NCBI GenBank assembly: GCA_963675755.2
Contig: CAXXMD010000003.1
Location: forward strand, 832,001 to 896,000
Direction of reading: 5' to 3'
DNA length: 64,000 nucleotides
Source of the DNA: a bacterium
GTDB taxonomy: Bacteria > Zhuqueibacterota > Zhuqueibacteria > Residuimicrobiales > Krinioviventaceae
The position numbers and the translations under genes are program-made. Below, in pieces: positions 40,524-50,320 of this stretch (position 1 is the first letter of the stretch; every line of letters begins with the position of its first letter). The notes under the pieces were generated by a model that saw only the letters and a list, made by a program, of their open reading frames with translations, made no database searches and was not told the origin of the DNA.

Positions 40524-41684
40524 ATGAAATCCAGGATTTTTTTATTCAGCGTTATCACTCTTTGTATTCTTGCATTAACCGGCTGTTCCCCCAAATCAGA
40601 GATTACCCCGCCACCCGGTGTGGTAGTGACCTATTCTCCACCATCCTCCGGGATTTATACCGGTTCTCCCAGCCTGGTGATTCTGCCGGACGGCAGTTAT
40701 CTGGCCTCGCACGACGAGTATGGCCCCAATTCAACAGAGCATACTGAGGCTATTACAAGAATTTTCAAATCGTCAGACAAGGGTGAAACCTGGAAACAGA
40801 TTTCTACTCTTAAATATCAGTACTGGTCCAATCTGTTTGTGCACAAGGGCGCCCTCTATATTCTGGGTACCCGCAATCAAACGGGTTTTATGTCAATCCG
40901 ACGTTCTGATGATGGCGGTGTAACCTGGACTGAGCCGGTTGACGACAAATCCGGTCTTTTGTACAGTGATAGTAACTATCATTGCGCGCCCATGCCGGTA
41001 ATCGAACATAACGGCAGACTGTATCGTGCTTTTGAAGAACGCAGAGACCTCAACGGCTGGGGTGAAAGCTTTCTCGCTTTTGTTATATCCGCACCGGTAG
41101 ATGCCGATCTGCTTAATGCCGCATCCTGGACCAGTACAGAGCGCATTCCCTTTAATCCTGAATGGCCCGGCAACGGTTATCTTGAAGGCAACGCTGTATT
41201 CACTCCTGAGGGAAACCTGTTAAACATCCTTCGTCATGATTCTAAAAATGGCGGTTCTGCTACTGTCATCCACATTAATCCGGATGGTTCTTCCCAATTC
41301 GATCCTGCTAAAAATATAATCTCCTTTCCCGGCGGTAGTAAAAAATTCGTCATTCGCTTTGATCCGGAATCCGGATATTACTGGTCATTGTCCAATTGGA
41401 TCCAGGAGAAATATCGTACCCCAACCCCTTCAATGGTACGCAACACACAAACGCTTATTCGCTCAAAGGACCTGCTCAACTGGGAGATCCGGTCCATCAT
41501 TCTGGAACACCCAAACGTTGAAATTACCGGTTTTCAATATGTAGACTGGCAATTCGAGGGAAACGACATCATATTCCTGTCGCGCACAGCATGGGATGAC
41601 GGCAGAGGCACACCCACCAATTGTCATGACGCCAATTATATAACTTTTCACCGTATTACAAACTTTCGGGATACAGTGGATTAA
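40524..41684 (+). CDS. BNR/Asp-box beta-propeller (sialidase-superfamily) lipoprotein, copy 1
   Basis: Lipobox LTGC; Asp-boxes SSDKGETW, RSDDGGVTW, RSKDLLNW. Confidence 0.82.
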   Translation: MKSRIFLFSVITLCILALTGCSPKSEITPPPGVVVTYSPPSSGIYTGSPSLVILPDGSYLASHDEYGPNSTEHTEAITRIFKSSDKGETWKQISTLKYQYWSNLFVHKGALYILGTRNQTGFMSIRRSDDGGVTWTEPVDDKSGLLYSDSNYHCAPMPVIEHNGRLYRAFEERRDLNGWGESFLAFVISAPVDADLLNAASWTSTERIPFNPEWPGNGYLEGNAVFTPEGNLLNILRHDSKNGGSATVIHINPDGSSQFDPAKNIISFPGGSKKFVIRFDPESGYYWSLSNWIQEKYRTPTPSMVRNTQTLIRSKDLLNWEIRSIILEHPNVEITGFQYVDWQFEGNDIIFLSRTAWDDGRGTPTNCHDANYITFHRITNFRDTVD

Positions 41685-41739
41685 TTAATCAATGCACAAA
41701 TAAACTAACAATCATAAACTACCAAAGGAAGCCAGCTCT

Positions 41740-42918
41740 ATGTCAAAATCCGGAATTGTAGTATGGGTATCCATTATTCTCTGTTCACTCTTGTTAATTA
41801 CCGGCTGCGCACCCAAAGATCCGTATACGCCCCCTCCCGGTGTTGTGATTACCTATCACGCACCCTCATCGGGATTGTATGTGGCCTCTCCCAGCATTGC
41901 AATTCTACCGGACGGCAGCTATGTAGCCTGTCATGATTTCTACGGGCCCAATTCAAAAGAGGTTAACGATTCAAAAACACGGATTTTTAAATCGACAAAC
42001 ATGGGTAAAAGCTGGAAGCAAATTTCAAAATTGAAAAATCAATACTATTCTGATCTTTTTGTACACAAGGGCGTTCTCTATCTCCTGGGTGTCACAAGCC
42101 CGAACAGTAATATTACTATCCGTCGCTCTGATGACGGTGGTGTAACCTGGACCGAACCGGTTGACAACAAAACCGGTTTAATCGTTACAGAAGGCCATTA
42201 TCAATGCGGCGCAATGCCTATTACCGAGCACAACGGCAGATTGTATCGCGCGTTTGAAGATACCGAAAGAGGAAAAGACTGGGGCGAGTGCTTTATCTCT
42301 TTTACCATTTCAGCTCCTGTAGATGCAGACCTGCTGGATGCCGCGTCATGGACCGAATCAGAACATATTCCCTGGAATGAAGAATGGCCCGGCGGCGGAT
42401 TTCTTGAAGGTAATGTCCTGACAACCCCGGACGGTAATCTGGTTAACGTTCTGCGCCACGACAGTAAGAACGGCGGTACGGCCGCGATCATCCATATTCA
42501 ACCGGACGGGAAATCCGAGTTTAATCCCCCTGACGACATTATCGAATTCCCCGGTGGATGCAAGAAATTCACAATCCGGTTTGATCCCGAATCCGGATAT
42601 TACTGGTCGCTCACAAACTGGATTCAGGAAAAGTACAGAAACTCAAATCCTGAACGTACCCGCAATACCCAGGCACTCATCCGCTCCAAAGATCTGAAAA
42701 ACTGGGAAATTCGAGCGGTCATTTTAGAACACCCCACTTTCAAGATAACCGGGTTCCAGTATGCAGATTGGCAGTTTGATGGTAAAGATATCATTTTTGT
42801 GTCGCGTACGGCCTGGGATGATGGCAAAGAAACACCCCCCGGCTGTCATGATGCCAATTACATTACCTTTCATCGTATTAAAAACTTTAGAAAAAGAGTA
42901 GATAAATTAACCAATTAA
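41740..42918 (+). CDS. BNR/Asp-box beta-propeller lipoprotein, copy 2
   Basis: Lipobox ITGC; colinear paralog of copy 1. Confidence 0.82.
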   Translation: MSKSGIVVWVSIILCSLLLITGCAPKDPYTPPPGVVITYHAPSSGLYVASPSIAILPDGSYVACHDFYGPNSKEVNDSKTRIFKSTNMGKSWKQISKLKNQYYSDLFVHKGVLYLLGVTSPNSNITIRRSDDGGVTWTEPVDNKTGLIVTEGHYQCGAMPITEHNGRLYRAFEDTERGKDWGECFISFTISAPVDADLLDAASWTESEHIPWNEEWPGGGFLEGNVLTTPDGNLVNVLRHDSKNGGTAAIIHIQPDGKSEFNPPDDIIEFPGGCKKFTIRFDPESGYYWSLTNWIQEKYRNSNPERTRNTQALIRSKDLKNWEIRAVILEHPTFKITGFQYADWQFDGKDIIFVSRTAWDDGKETPPGCHDANYITFHRIKNFRKRVDKLTN

Positions 42919-42938
42919 AAAACACCAGAGGTAGCTCA

Positions 42939-44105
42939 ATGTTAAAATCCAGAATTGTAATGTGGGGATTCATCGTTCTCGGTTCAATTTTACTATTATC
43001 CGGTTGTGACCCAAAAGAAGCTTACACACCTCCACCCGGTGTAGTGGTAACCTATTCTGCCCCGTCTTCAGGATTGTATATCGGCTCTCCCAGTCTGGCG
43101 ATTCTTCCGGATGGCAGCTATGTGGCCTCGCACGATTTTTTTGGCCCCAATTCCAAAGAAGCCGATGATTCAAGGAGCCGTATTTTCAAATCTACAGACA
43201 AGGGTAAAACCTGGAAACAGATTGCCACGCTTGAAAAACAATTCTGGTCAAATTTGTTTGTGCACAGGGGTGCGCTATACATTTTTGGCACCAATAATCA
43301 GCATGGACAAATGATCATCCGGCGCTCTGACGATGGCGGCGTGACCTGGACCGAGCCGGTAGATGACAAATCCGGTCTGCTGTACAATGACGGTCATTAT
43401 CACTGCGCTCCCATGCCCGTTACCGAGCAAAACGGCAGATTGTATCGCTCTTTTGAAGAAACCGACAAGTCTAAAAAATGGGGCGAGTGTTTTATCTCGT
43501 TTACTATTTCAGCACCGGTAGATGCAGACCTGTTGGACGCATCATCCTGGACCGAGTCGGAACGTATTCCCTGGAACACGGAATGGCCCGGTGGCGGATT
43601 TTTGGAAGGTAACGCGATATTTACCCCTGACGGCGAGCTGGTTAACATTCTGCGTCACGACACTGAAACCGGCGGCACGGCTGCGGTCATCCACATTCAG
43701 CCGGACGGCAGCTCTGAATTTAATCCCGCTTCTGATATTATCGAATTTCCCGGTGGATGCAAGAAATTCTCAATCCGGTTTGATCCCGAAACCGGATATT
43801 ACTGGTCCTTGTCCAACTGGATACAGGAAAAATACCGCAACCCGAATCCTGAACGCACACGCAATACCCAGGCGCTCATTCGCTCCAAAGACCTGAAAAA
43901 CTGGGAAATCCGTGCGGTCATTTTAGAGCATCCCAATTTCAAGATCACCGGATTCCAGTACACCGACTGGCATTTTGAAGGTGACGATATCATCTTTGTA
44001 TCCCGAACAGCCTGGGATGACGGTAAAGAAACACCTCCCGGTTGTCACGATGCCAACTATATCACCTTTCATCGTATCGAGAATTTCAGGGAAAAGGTGG
44101 ATTAG
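42939..44105 (+). CDS. BNR/Asp-box beta-propeller lipoprotein, copy 3
   Basis: Lipobox LSGC; colinear paralog of copies 1 and 2. Confidence 0.82.
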   Translation: MLKSRIVMWGFIVLGSILLLSGCDPKEAYTPPPGVVVTYSAPSSGLYIGSPSLAILPDGSYVASHDFFGPNSKEADDSRSRIFKSTDKGKTWKQIATLEKQFWSNLFVHRGALYIFGTNNQHGQMIIRRSDDGGVTWTEPVDDKSGLLYNDGHYHCAPMPVTEQNGRLYRSFEETDKSKKWGECFISFTISAPVDADLLDASSWTESERIPWNTEWPGGGFLEGNAIFTPDGELVNILRHDTETGGTAAVIHIQPDGSSEFNPASDIIEFPGGCKKFSIRFDPETGYYWSLSNWIQEKYRNPNPERTRNTQALIRSKDLKNWEIRAVILEHPNFKITGFQYTDWHFEGDDIIFVSRTAWDDGKETPPGCHDANYITFHRIENFREKVD

Positions 44106-45104
44106 ATGAAAAAGCTGGTGTTGAGCACACTCGTTTTGGCGGTATTGTTGGTTTTTTGCAGGCAATCGGAAACCGTACCGAAAACTGGTGCCAAACCCGC
44201 CATGATGTTTGCGGATTCTTCACGCGGTGAGCCTTTTGCCAAAGACCCGGATGTGGCCTGGTACAAAGGCCGGTATTTGCTGTACTATACCATGCGCCCA
44301 TTCAGAGACGGACGCGAAAATGACGGTTATGGTATTGGCATAGCCGAAAGCAGTGACTTGACCCACTGGCAAAAGATTGCAGAGCTGCCGCCCGCGCATG
44401 ACTATGAGAGCAAGGGCATTTGCGCACCCGGTGCCATTGTGCTGAACGACACCCTTCACCTGTTTTACCAGACCTATGGCAATCGTGAAAAAGATGCCAT
44501 CTGTCACGCGTGGTCTGTTGACGGCATCCATTTTACGCGAAATGAGAGCAATCCCATATTTGCTCCGCATGGGGACTGGACTATTGGCCGCGCCATTGAT
44601 GCGGATGCTTTTGCCTGGCAAGACAAGCTGCTGCTCTATTTTGCCACACGCGATACCTCGTACACCTATCAGATACAGGGTGTGGCAGCGGCCCCGCTCA
44701 ACTCGAATTATGGCAGGAATTCCTGGAAACAGCTCACTGATTATCCCATTCTGGTACCCAAACTGGACTGGGAAAAGACCTGCATTGAAGCGGCAACTGT
44801 GTTTGAGCATAATGAAAAGCTGTACATGTTTTACGCCGGGGCCTATAACAACCAGCCCCAACAGATCGGTTGTGCAGTGAGCCGGGACGGTATCAAGTGG
44901 AAACGACTGTCGCAAAGTCCCATATTACCCAATGGCAATCCGGGGGACTGGAACGCCAGCGAATCCGGGCATCCCGGAGTGTTTGTGGATCGGGACGGGC
45001 AGATCTATCTGTTCTTCCAGGGCAACAACGACAATGGCAAAACCTGGTATCTGTCTAAAAAACGCGTCACCTGGAACGGGGACATGCCGGTACTGGTGGA
45101 TTGA
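44106..45104 (+). CDS. Five-bladed beta-propeller glycoside hydrolase (GH43/GH32-like)
   Basis: FAKDPDV, ICAPGA, RAIDAD, CIEAA, ESGHPGVF; signal peptide. Confidence 0.8.
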   Translation: MKKLVLSTLVLAVLLVFCRQSETVPKTGAKPAMMFADSSRGEPFAKDPDVAWYKGRYLLYYTMRPFRDGRENDGYGIGIAESSDLTHWQKIAELPPAHDYESKGICAPGAIVLNDTLHLFYQTYGNREKDAICHAWSVDGIHFTRNESNPIFAPHGDWTIGRAIDADAFAWQDKLLLYFATRDTSYTYQIQGVAAAPLNSNYGRNSWKQLTDYPILVPKLDWEKTCIEAATVFEHNEKLYMFYAGAYNNQPQQIGCAVSRDGIKWKRLSQSPILPNGNPGDWNASESGHPGVFVDRDGQIYLFFQGNNDNGKTWYLSKKRVTWNGDMPVLVD

Positions 45105-45110
45105 GAGGGA

Positions 45111-46088
45111 TTATAACCATCCCTCGTTTTTATACCATTCCGCGGTGCGTACAAATCCCTCTGCCAGGGGGATTTTTGGTGCGTACCCCAGCTCTTCCTT
45201 GGCGCGCTGGTTCGAGCACAGCCAGTCTTTTTGCTTCATCTCGCGGATCTTGTCGGGATTCAACAGCGGTGTTTTGCCGGTTATACGGGTGACTGCCAAT
45301 CCATATAGCGATAGCAGATCCAGCACAAAGGTCGGCACAAACAGCGTGACCAGCTTTTTCCCCAGTGCATGACCCAACAGTCTGCCAATGGCTTTCCATG
45401 TGGGCTCGCCATCGCCCGAGATGTAAAAAATCTTTCCGTCCGCTTTTGGGTTCTGCGCGGCAAGCAGCATTCCTTCCAGCAGATCATCGATATAGACCAT
45501 ACTGGCGCGTCCATTGCCGAAACCCAATACCGGCAAAAGCCCCCGGTTGACCTGCTGAAACATCTGGTACACATCCACATCACGGGGACCATATACCGAT
45601 GGCGGCCGGATAATAGTGACCGGGAACTCGTCCTTGTACTCCAACACCGCTTCTTCCGCAAGCAATTTGGAGCGTCCATAAGCGGAAACCGGTGCGGGTT
45701 CATCAAACTCGGTCCGCGCTTTGCCTTTGACAGCCGGGCCTCCTGCGGCCTGGCTGGAGACAAAAACAAATTTTTTAATGCTCGCATGATCCCGACAGGC
45801 ATTCAACAGGTTTCTAGTTCCGGTTGTGTTGGCTTTAATATACCCCGCTTCATCCCGGGCTTTGGTTACACCTGCAAGATGAAATACCCAGTCCACTTCT
45901 TTAACTGCTAATTCCAGACTGGCAGGGTCACTCAACTCTCCGTAAACATATTCAACATCAAGACCCTTCAGCCATTTCAGGTTACTGGTTTTACGTACCA
46001 TGCACCTGACCGTATGACCTTGCTTGATCAACCGTTCCACTAAAAACGAACCAATAAATCCATTACTCCCGGTTACCAGCGTTATCAA
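45111..46088 (-). CDS. NAD-dependent epimerase/dehydratase (extended SDR)
   Basis: TGSNGFIG, HLAG, VSSQAA, YGRSK, RPPSVYGPRD; TTG start after GGAGG. Confidence 0.9.
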   Translation of the reverse strand: MITLVTGSNGFIGSFLVERLIKQGHTVRCMVRKTSNLKWLKGLDVEYVYGELSDPASLELAVKEVDWVFHLAGVTKARDEAGYIKANTTGTRNLLNACRDHASIKKFVFVSSQAAGGPAVKGKARTEFDEPAPVSAYGRSKLLAEEAVLEYKDEFPVTIIRPPSVYGPRDVDVYQMFQQVNRGLLPVLGFGNGRASMVYIDDLLEGMLLAAQNPKADGKIFYISGDGEPTWKAIGRLLGHALGKKLVTLFVPTFVLDLLSLYGLAVTRITGKTPLLNPDKIREMKQKDWLCSNQRAKEELGYAPKIPLAEGFVRTAEWYKNEGWL

Positions 46089-46185
46089 ATTTTCCTCCTT
46101 GAATTCATAAATTAAGGTAAGCATTCAACAGATTTTTCTCAAGAATATTTAATTTCCCCCCTGTTTTCCATTTCATAGTAATTTC

Positions 46186-46214
46186 TTGACAAAATGTGGG
46201 TGAATTCCTATATT
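46186..46214 (+). promoter_or_regulatory. Putative sigma70 promoter of the spt-like gene
   Basis: TTGACA-N17-TATATT. Confidence 0.65.
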
Positions 46215-46303
46215 AACAAAGAACACCTATCTGAATGTATATAATATCAGCACTTGTTTTCGTATTCAATTATAATATAGATAGAACGGTAAGGAGAATA
46301 AGA

Positions 46304-47497
46304 TTGGCAGACCTGTTTAACAAGTGTTCAGGAGGCGCTGCGGCAAGAGCGCGACAGGCATTGCAAGATGGCTGGTATCCCTATTTCAAAGCTATTGAAA
46401 CCGGAGCCGACACAGAAGTCAGGATCAATGGACAAAAAATGATCATGATTGGCTCCAACAATTACCTGGGTCTCACTCAGGATGAGCGGGTAAAACAGGC
46501 AGCAAAAGACGCTATTGACAAGTATGGCTCAGGCTGTACCGGCTCTCGTTTTTTAAACGGTACACTCGATATTCATGAAGAGCTTGAAGACAAATTGGCT
46601 GAATTCATGAACATGGAAGCCGCGCTGCTGTTTTCTACAGGATTTCAAACCAATCAGGGCACCATTTCAACAATTGTAGGTCGTGGAGACCTGATCGTTG
46701 GCGACAATGAAAACCACGCCAGCATTGTTGACGGTACGCGTCTCTCATTCGGCAAGGCTCTACATTACCGCCATAACGACATGCAAGATCTCGATCGTGT
46801 ATTAACACTCAACAACAATAACGATCACGGTACACTCGTTGTATCGGATGGTGTTTTCAGCATGGGTGGAGATATTGTAAACCTGCCGGAACTGGTCAAA
46901 ATTGCAAAAAAACACCATGCACGTGTGATGGTGGACGATGCTCACTCTATTGGCATTCTGGGAGAAAATGGCCGAGGTACCGCTTCTCATTTCGGTTTGG
47001 AAAAAGAAGTTGACCTGGTGATGGGCACTTTTAGCAAAACCTTTGCAAGCATTGGTGGATTCATTTCTGGTTCTGAAGAAGTAATTCATTTCATCAAGCA
47101 CAATTCACGTGCGTTGATCTTTTCCGCCAGTCCCCCACCAGCAGCAGTTGCCACTGTACTAAAATGTCTCGAAATCATGCAGCAGGAACCGGAACGCATT
47201 GACAAACTGTGGAACAATTATCGCAAAATGAAAAAAGGGTATGAGGATCTGGGTTTTAATACCGGAAACACAGAAACCCCTATCATTCCCATTATTATTG
47301 GAGAAGATGATAAAACATTCATGTTCTGGAAAATGTTGTTTGAAGCAGGGGTATTTGTAAATCCTGTGGTAAGTCCTGCAGTACCACCAGGAATGTCTTT
47401 GCTGCGTACCAGTTATATGGCAACCCACTCTGAGGAAGAATTGGACCAGGTTCTTGAGATCTTTGGAAACGTGGGAAAGAAATTAGGCATTATTTAA
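46304..47497 (+). CDS. Alpha-oxoamine synthase, probably serine palmitoyltransferase (BioF/Kbl not excluded)
   Basis: WYPYFKAI, GSNNYLGL, GCTGSRFLNGTLDIH, DDAH, GTFSK (PLP Lys), LIFSASPPPA; TTG start after AAGGAG. Confidence 0.8.
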   Translation: MADLFNKCSGGAAARARQALQDGWYPYFKAIETGADTEVRINGQKMIMIGSNNYLGLTQDERVKQAAKDAIDKYGSGCTGSRFLNGTLDIHEELEDKLAEFMNMEAALLFSTGFQTNQGTISTIVGRGDLIVGDNENHASIVDGTRLSFGKALHYRHNDMQDLDRVLTLNNNNDHGTLVVSDGVFSMGGDIVNLPELVKIAKKHHARVMVDDAHSIGILGENGRGTASHFGLEKEVDLVMGTFSKTFASIGGFISGSEEVIHFIKHNSRALIFSASPPPAAVATVLKCLEIMQQEPERIDKLWNNYRKMKKGYEDLGFNTGNTETPIIPIIIGEDDKTFMFWKMLFEAGVFVNPVVSPAVPPGMSLLRTSYMATHSEEELDQVLEIFGNVGKKLGII

Positions 47498-47498
47498 G

Positions 47499-47528
47499 AC
47501 AAAGGCTGCTTTTTCAAGCAGCCTTTGT
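47499..47528. terminator. Bidirectional terminator between convergent genes
   Basis: ACAAAGGCTGCTT-TTTC-AAGCAGCCTTTGT. Confidence 0.75.
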
Positions 47529-47543
47529 TATTATCAGTATCAA

Positions 47544-47876
47544 TCAGTCCAGCCAATAAAGCATTCGGCCGCAATTTTCACAGGTAAACAGATCGCTCTC
47601 TTCTCTACCCTTTGCACCAATAGAGGTCGGTTGTCTGAGGAAACAACCCAGGCAGATATCATTTTTTACCGGAACGATGGCGCGTTTCAATTTTGCGCGT
47701 AATCTTTCATATCTGAATAACAAGGGTTTTTTAATCTTGGATGCCATTTCTTCGCGAGCTTTGGCAAGTTCAGTATTACCGGTAATAGAAAAGCCGAGTT
47801 TTTCAACTTCATTGGCTTCTTCAATCATCAAATCAATATCTTGCAGGGTTATCAAGGCTTCTAATTCTTTGTTCAT
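47544..47876 (-). CDS. C4-type zinc-ribbon domain protein (short DUF164-like)
   Basis: LITLQDID N-terminus, RYERLR, CLGC...CENCGRMLY. Confidence 0.8.
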   Translation of the reverse strand: MNKELEALITLQDIDLMIEEANEVEKLGFSITGNTELAKAREEMASKIKKPLLFRYERLRAKLKRAIVPVKNDICLGCFLRQPTSIGAKGREESDLFTCENCGRMLYWLD

Positions 47877-47881
47877 GTTTC

Positions 47882-48343
47882 TTATTCTCCACTGATAATA
47901 GAAATAAAATCGGTAAAAGATTCAACACCGGCAAACTTTTTACGGCTTGCATCATCTTTTAACAAGGTAACCAGTGATCCCAATGCGGGCAAATACTTGT
48001 TTTCCTCATCCAAAGGTGGTGCAATAATCATAAAGAATAAATTCACCGGCTTTTTATCTATTGCATCAAAATCCATGCCTTTTTGTGCTTTACCAAAGGC
48101 AATAAATACATCTGTAGCTGCTGTGGTTCTACCATGGGGTATGGCAATCCCGTTACCAATGCCTGTACTGCCAAGGGTTTCCCGCTGACGCAACATTTCC
48201 ATAACAATTTGTTTATTTTTAACTATTTTTTCCTGCACAAACAATTCGAGCAATTCGGTAAGGGCTTCTTCCTTGGTTTCAGCTTTCATATCGGGTATAA
48301 ACAAATTCTCGTTAAACAGTTGTGCCAATTCTGATTGTAACAT
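47882..48343 (-). CDS. PTS IIA component (Ntr/fructose type)
   Basis: RETLGSTGIGNGIAIPHGR, DFDAIDKKPVNLFF. Confidence 0.92.
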   Translation of the reverse strand: MLQSELAQLFNENLFIPDMKAETKEEALTELLELFVQEKIVKNKQIVMEMLRQRETLGSTGIGNGIAIPHGRTTAATDVFIAFGKAQKGMDFDAIDKKPVNLFFMIIAPPLDEENKYLPALGSLVTLLKDDASRKKFAGVESFTDFISIISGE

Positions 48344-48628
48344 CTATTCCTCCTCAGAGTCTTGTTTAGACTCTTTGTCTTGCTTTATTTGATTAATATA
48401 TTGGAAAATTTCAGGTTTTATAGAATCTTCTTTTATATCAAATTGCAACAGCATTTCTGCAATGATTTCAATTTTTTGGTTGGGCTGATCATCCTTTTTT
48501 AAAATAATCAAATTCTGATCATAAAACAGGCAGGAGCCGCTTTTAAAGTCACCTTTTTCATTACGAATTTCTATGCCCATATCTCTGGCAAGAGTCTCCA
48601 GAGCTTGAAGCACATCTTCATTTGACAT
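48344..48628 (-). CDS. Hypothetical protein
   Basis: Fills the gap between manC and PTS IIA in the same orientation; GIEIRNEKGDFKSGSC; start uncertain. Confidence 0.65.
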   Translation of the reverse strand: MSNEDVLQALETLARDMGIEIRNEKGDFKSGSCLFYDQNLIILKKDDQPNQKIEIIAEMLLQFDIKEDSIKPEIFQYINQIKQDKESKQDSEEE

Positions 48629-48636
48629 GCCCTTTA

Positions 48637-49713
48637 TTACAGATACTTTTCGTTTCCGTTTTGCCTTAAGTGTTCGGTTACCCATTTGACATCCTGTGAT
48701 CGTTCTCTATTGCATATCAACAAGGCATCATCAGAATCCACTATAATCAAATCCTTTACGCCAACTACACTCACCTGACGACCTGTTGATTCTATTAATG
48801 TATTACTCACATCTTTGAGAACCGCTTCTCCTTTAACCACGTTGCCGTTCTCATCTTTATCAGAAATATTATATACTTCTTCCCAACTGCCTACATCGCT
48901 CCAGCCAAAATCAGATTCCAATACAACCACCTGGCTGGCATGTTCCAGCACTCCATAATCTATAGATTGCCCCAACAGCTTGCTATACTCTTCATTTGTG
49001 ACTTTTTCTTCCCGTGGCTCGCCCAGGTTCGCATTGATCCGCTCAAGTGCCTGCCATAAATCGGGCATAAATTCTTCAAATGCATCCAGAATGGTATTTA
49101 CGTTCCAGATAAAAATGCCACTGTTCCACAAGAACTCTTTTGTTTCAAAGAACTTGTCGGCTGTCTCTCTGTCTGGTTTTTCAGCAAAAGTGCGGACATG
49201 GTAGGCACCACCGGTACTGTTGAATATGTCACCCTTTTGAATATACCCGTAACTGGTTGCCGGATACCGGGGTTCAATGCCCAAAGTAACCAAAGACAAG
49301 GGGTTTTCACGCACAATCTTTACACCTTTGGCAATAATCTCTGAAAAACGATCTGTTTCCGTTATCAGATGATCCGCAGGTGTAACTACCATAATGGCAT
49401 TCGGATTTTTCTTTCTGATATGCAGTGCGGACAAGGCAATACAAGGGGCAGTATTTCTACCAACCGGTTCTCTGATTAAATTTTCCTGTTTGATCCAGGG
49501 AAGTTGCTCGCGGATGAGAGGAGTTTGAAAATCGGTAGATACTACCATTACATCATCAGCGTCCACACATTTTAAAAATCGGTTGGCTGTCATTTGCAGC
49601 ATTGACTGGTCGCCAAACAGACTGAGAAACTGTTTTGGAAACAACCTTCTGCTTTTGGGCCAAAACCGGGTGCCGGCACCGCCGGCCATCACTAAAACCT
49701 TAGTATCTTCCAT
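48637..49713 (-). CDS. manC: Mannose-1-phosphate guanylyltransferase
   Basis: MAGGAGTRFWPKSR, PKQFL, EPVGRNTAP, PADH, FAEKPD, WNSGIF, WSDVGSW. Confidence 0.93.
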   Translation of the reverse strand: MEDTKVLVMAGGAGTRFWPKSRRLFPKQFLSLFGDQSMLQMTANRFLKCVDADDVMVVSTDFQTPLIREQLPWIKQENLIREPVGRNTAPCIALSALHIRKKNPNAIMVVTPADHLITETDRFSEIIAKGVKIVRENPLSLVTLGIEPRYPATSYGYIQKGDIFNSTGGAYHVRTFAEKPDRETADKFFETKEFLWNSGIFIWNVNTILDAFEEFMPDLWQALERINANLGEPREEKVTNEEYSKLLGQSIDYGVLEHASQVVVLESDFGWSDVGSWEEVYNISDKDENGNVVKGEAVLKDVSNTLIESTGRQVSVVGVKDLIIVDSDDALLICNRERSQDVKWVTEHLRQNGNEKYL

Positions 49714-49818
49714 AATTCGTTCTTTCACGTTCCAAGTATTAATATAAAAGAAAAAATAATAAATAAAAGAATAATATATTCTACACACCAATATTTGAAT
49801 AATTATTCAGAAAATATC

Positions 49819-49865
49819 AAAAAAAAACGATGTTAAACATATTTATAACATGTTTAACATCGTTT
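49819..49865 (-). terminator. Intrinsic terminator after trxA
   Basis: 16-bp perfect IR AAACGATGTTAAACAT/ATGTTTAACATCGTTT running into a minus-strand T run. Confidence 0.7.
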
Positions 49866-49908
49866 CAATCTTGATTATTTGATATCGGTAATCGATAATA
49901 TGTACTGC

Positions 49909-50235
49909 CTAAGCGAGGTGTGGAGACACTTTATCAACCAGCTGATTTTTAGCTACAGCACCAATCACTTGTTCTACTACTTCACCATCTTTGAACAACA
50001 ACAAAGTGGGTATACTACGGATTCCATATTTCATTGCTACTTGTTTGTGTGTATCCACATCCATTTTGGCAACTTTTAATTGTCCTTCATATTCACCCGC
50101 AAGCTCTTCTACAACCGGAGCGATCATTTTACAAGGGCCGCACCAAACTGCCCAAAAATCGACCAATACCGGAACATCCGAAGAGATTACATCCTGTTCA
50201 AAAGAATCATCAGTTACTTCAATTGGTTTACCCAT
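49909..50235 (-). CDS. trxA: Thioredoxin
   Basis: WCGPC, IRSIPTL. Confidence 0.98.
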   Translation of the reverse strand: MGKPIEVTDDSFEQDVISSDVPVLVDFWAVWCGPCKMIAPVVEELAGEYEGQLKVAKMDVDTHKQVAMKYGIRSIPTLLLFKDGEVVEQVIGAVAKNQLVDKVSPHLA

Positions 50236-50320
50236 TTAATAAATCTCCTATTCAATATTAGCATTCATTACTGTTTTCAACTTTTCCAACACCAAAACAT
50301 GGGTAGTTTATTTCATCAGT

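Noticed and set aside
40524-44105. Diversity-generating retroelement or assembly artefact behind the triplicated genes
   Set aside because: The copies differ throughout, largely at synonymous positions rather than adenine-specifically, and no reverse transcriptase is present.
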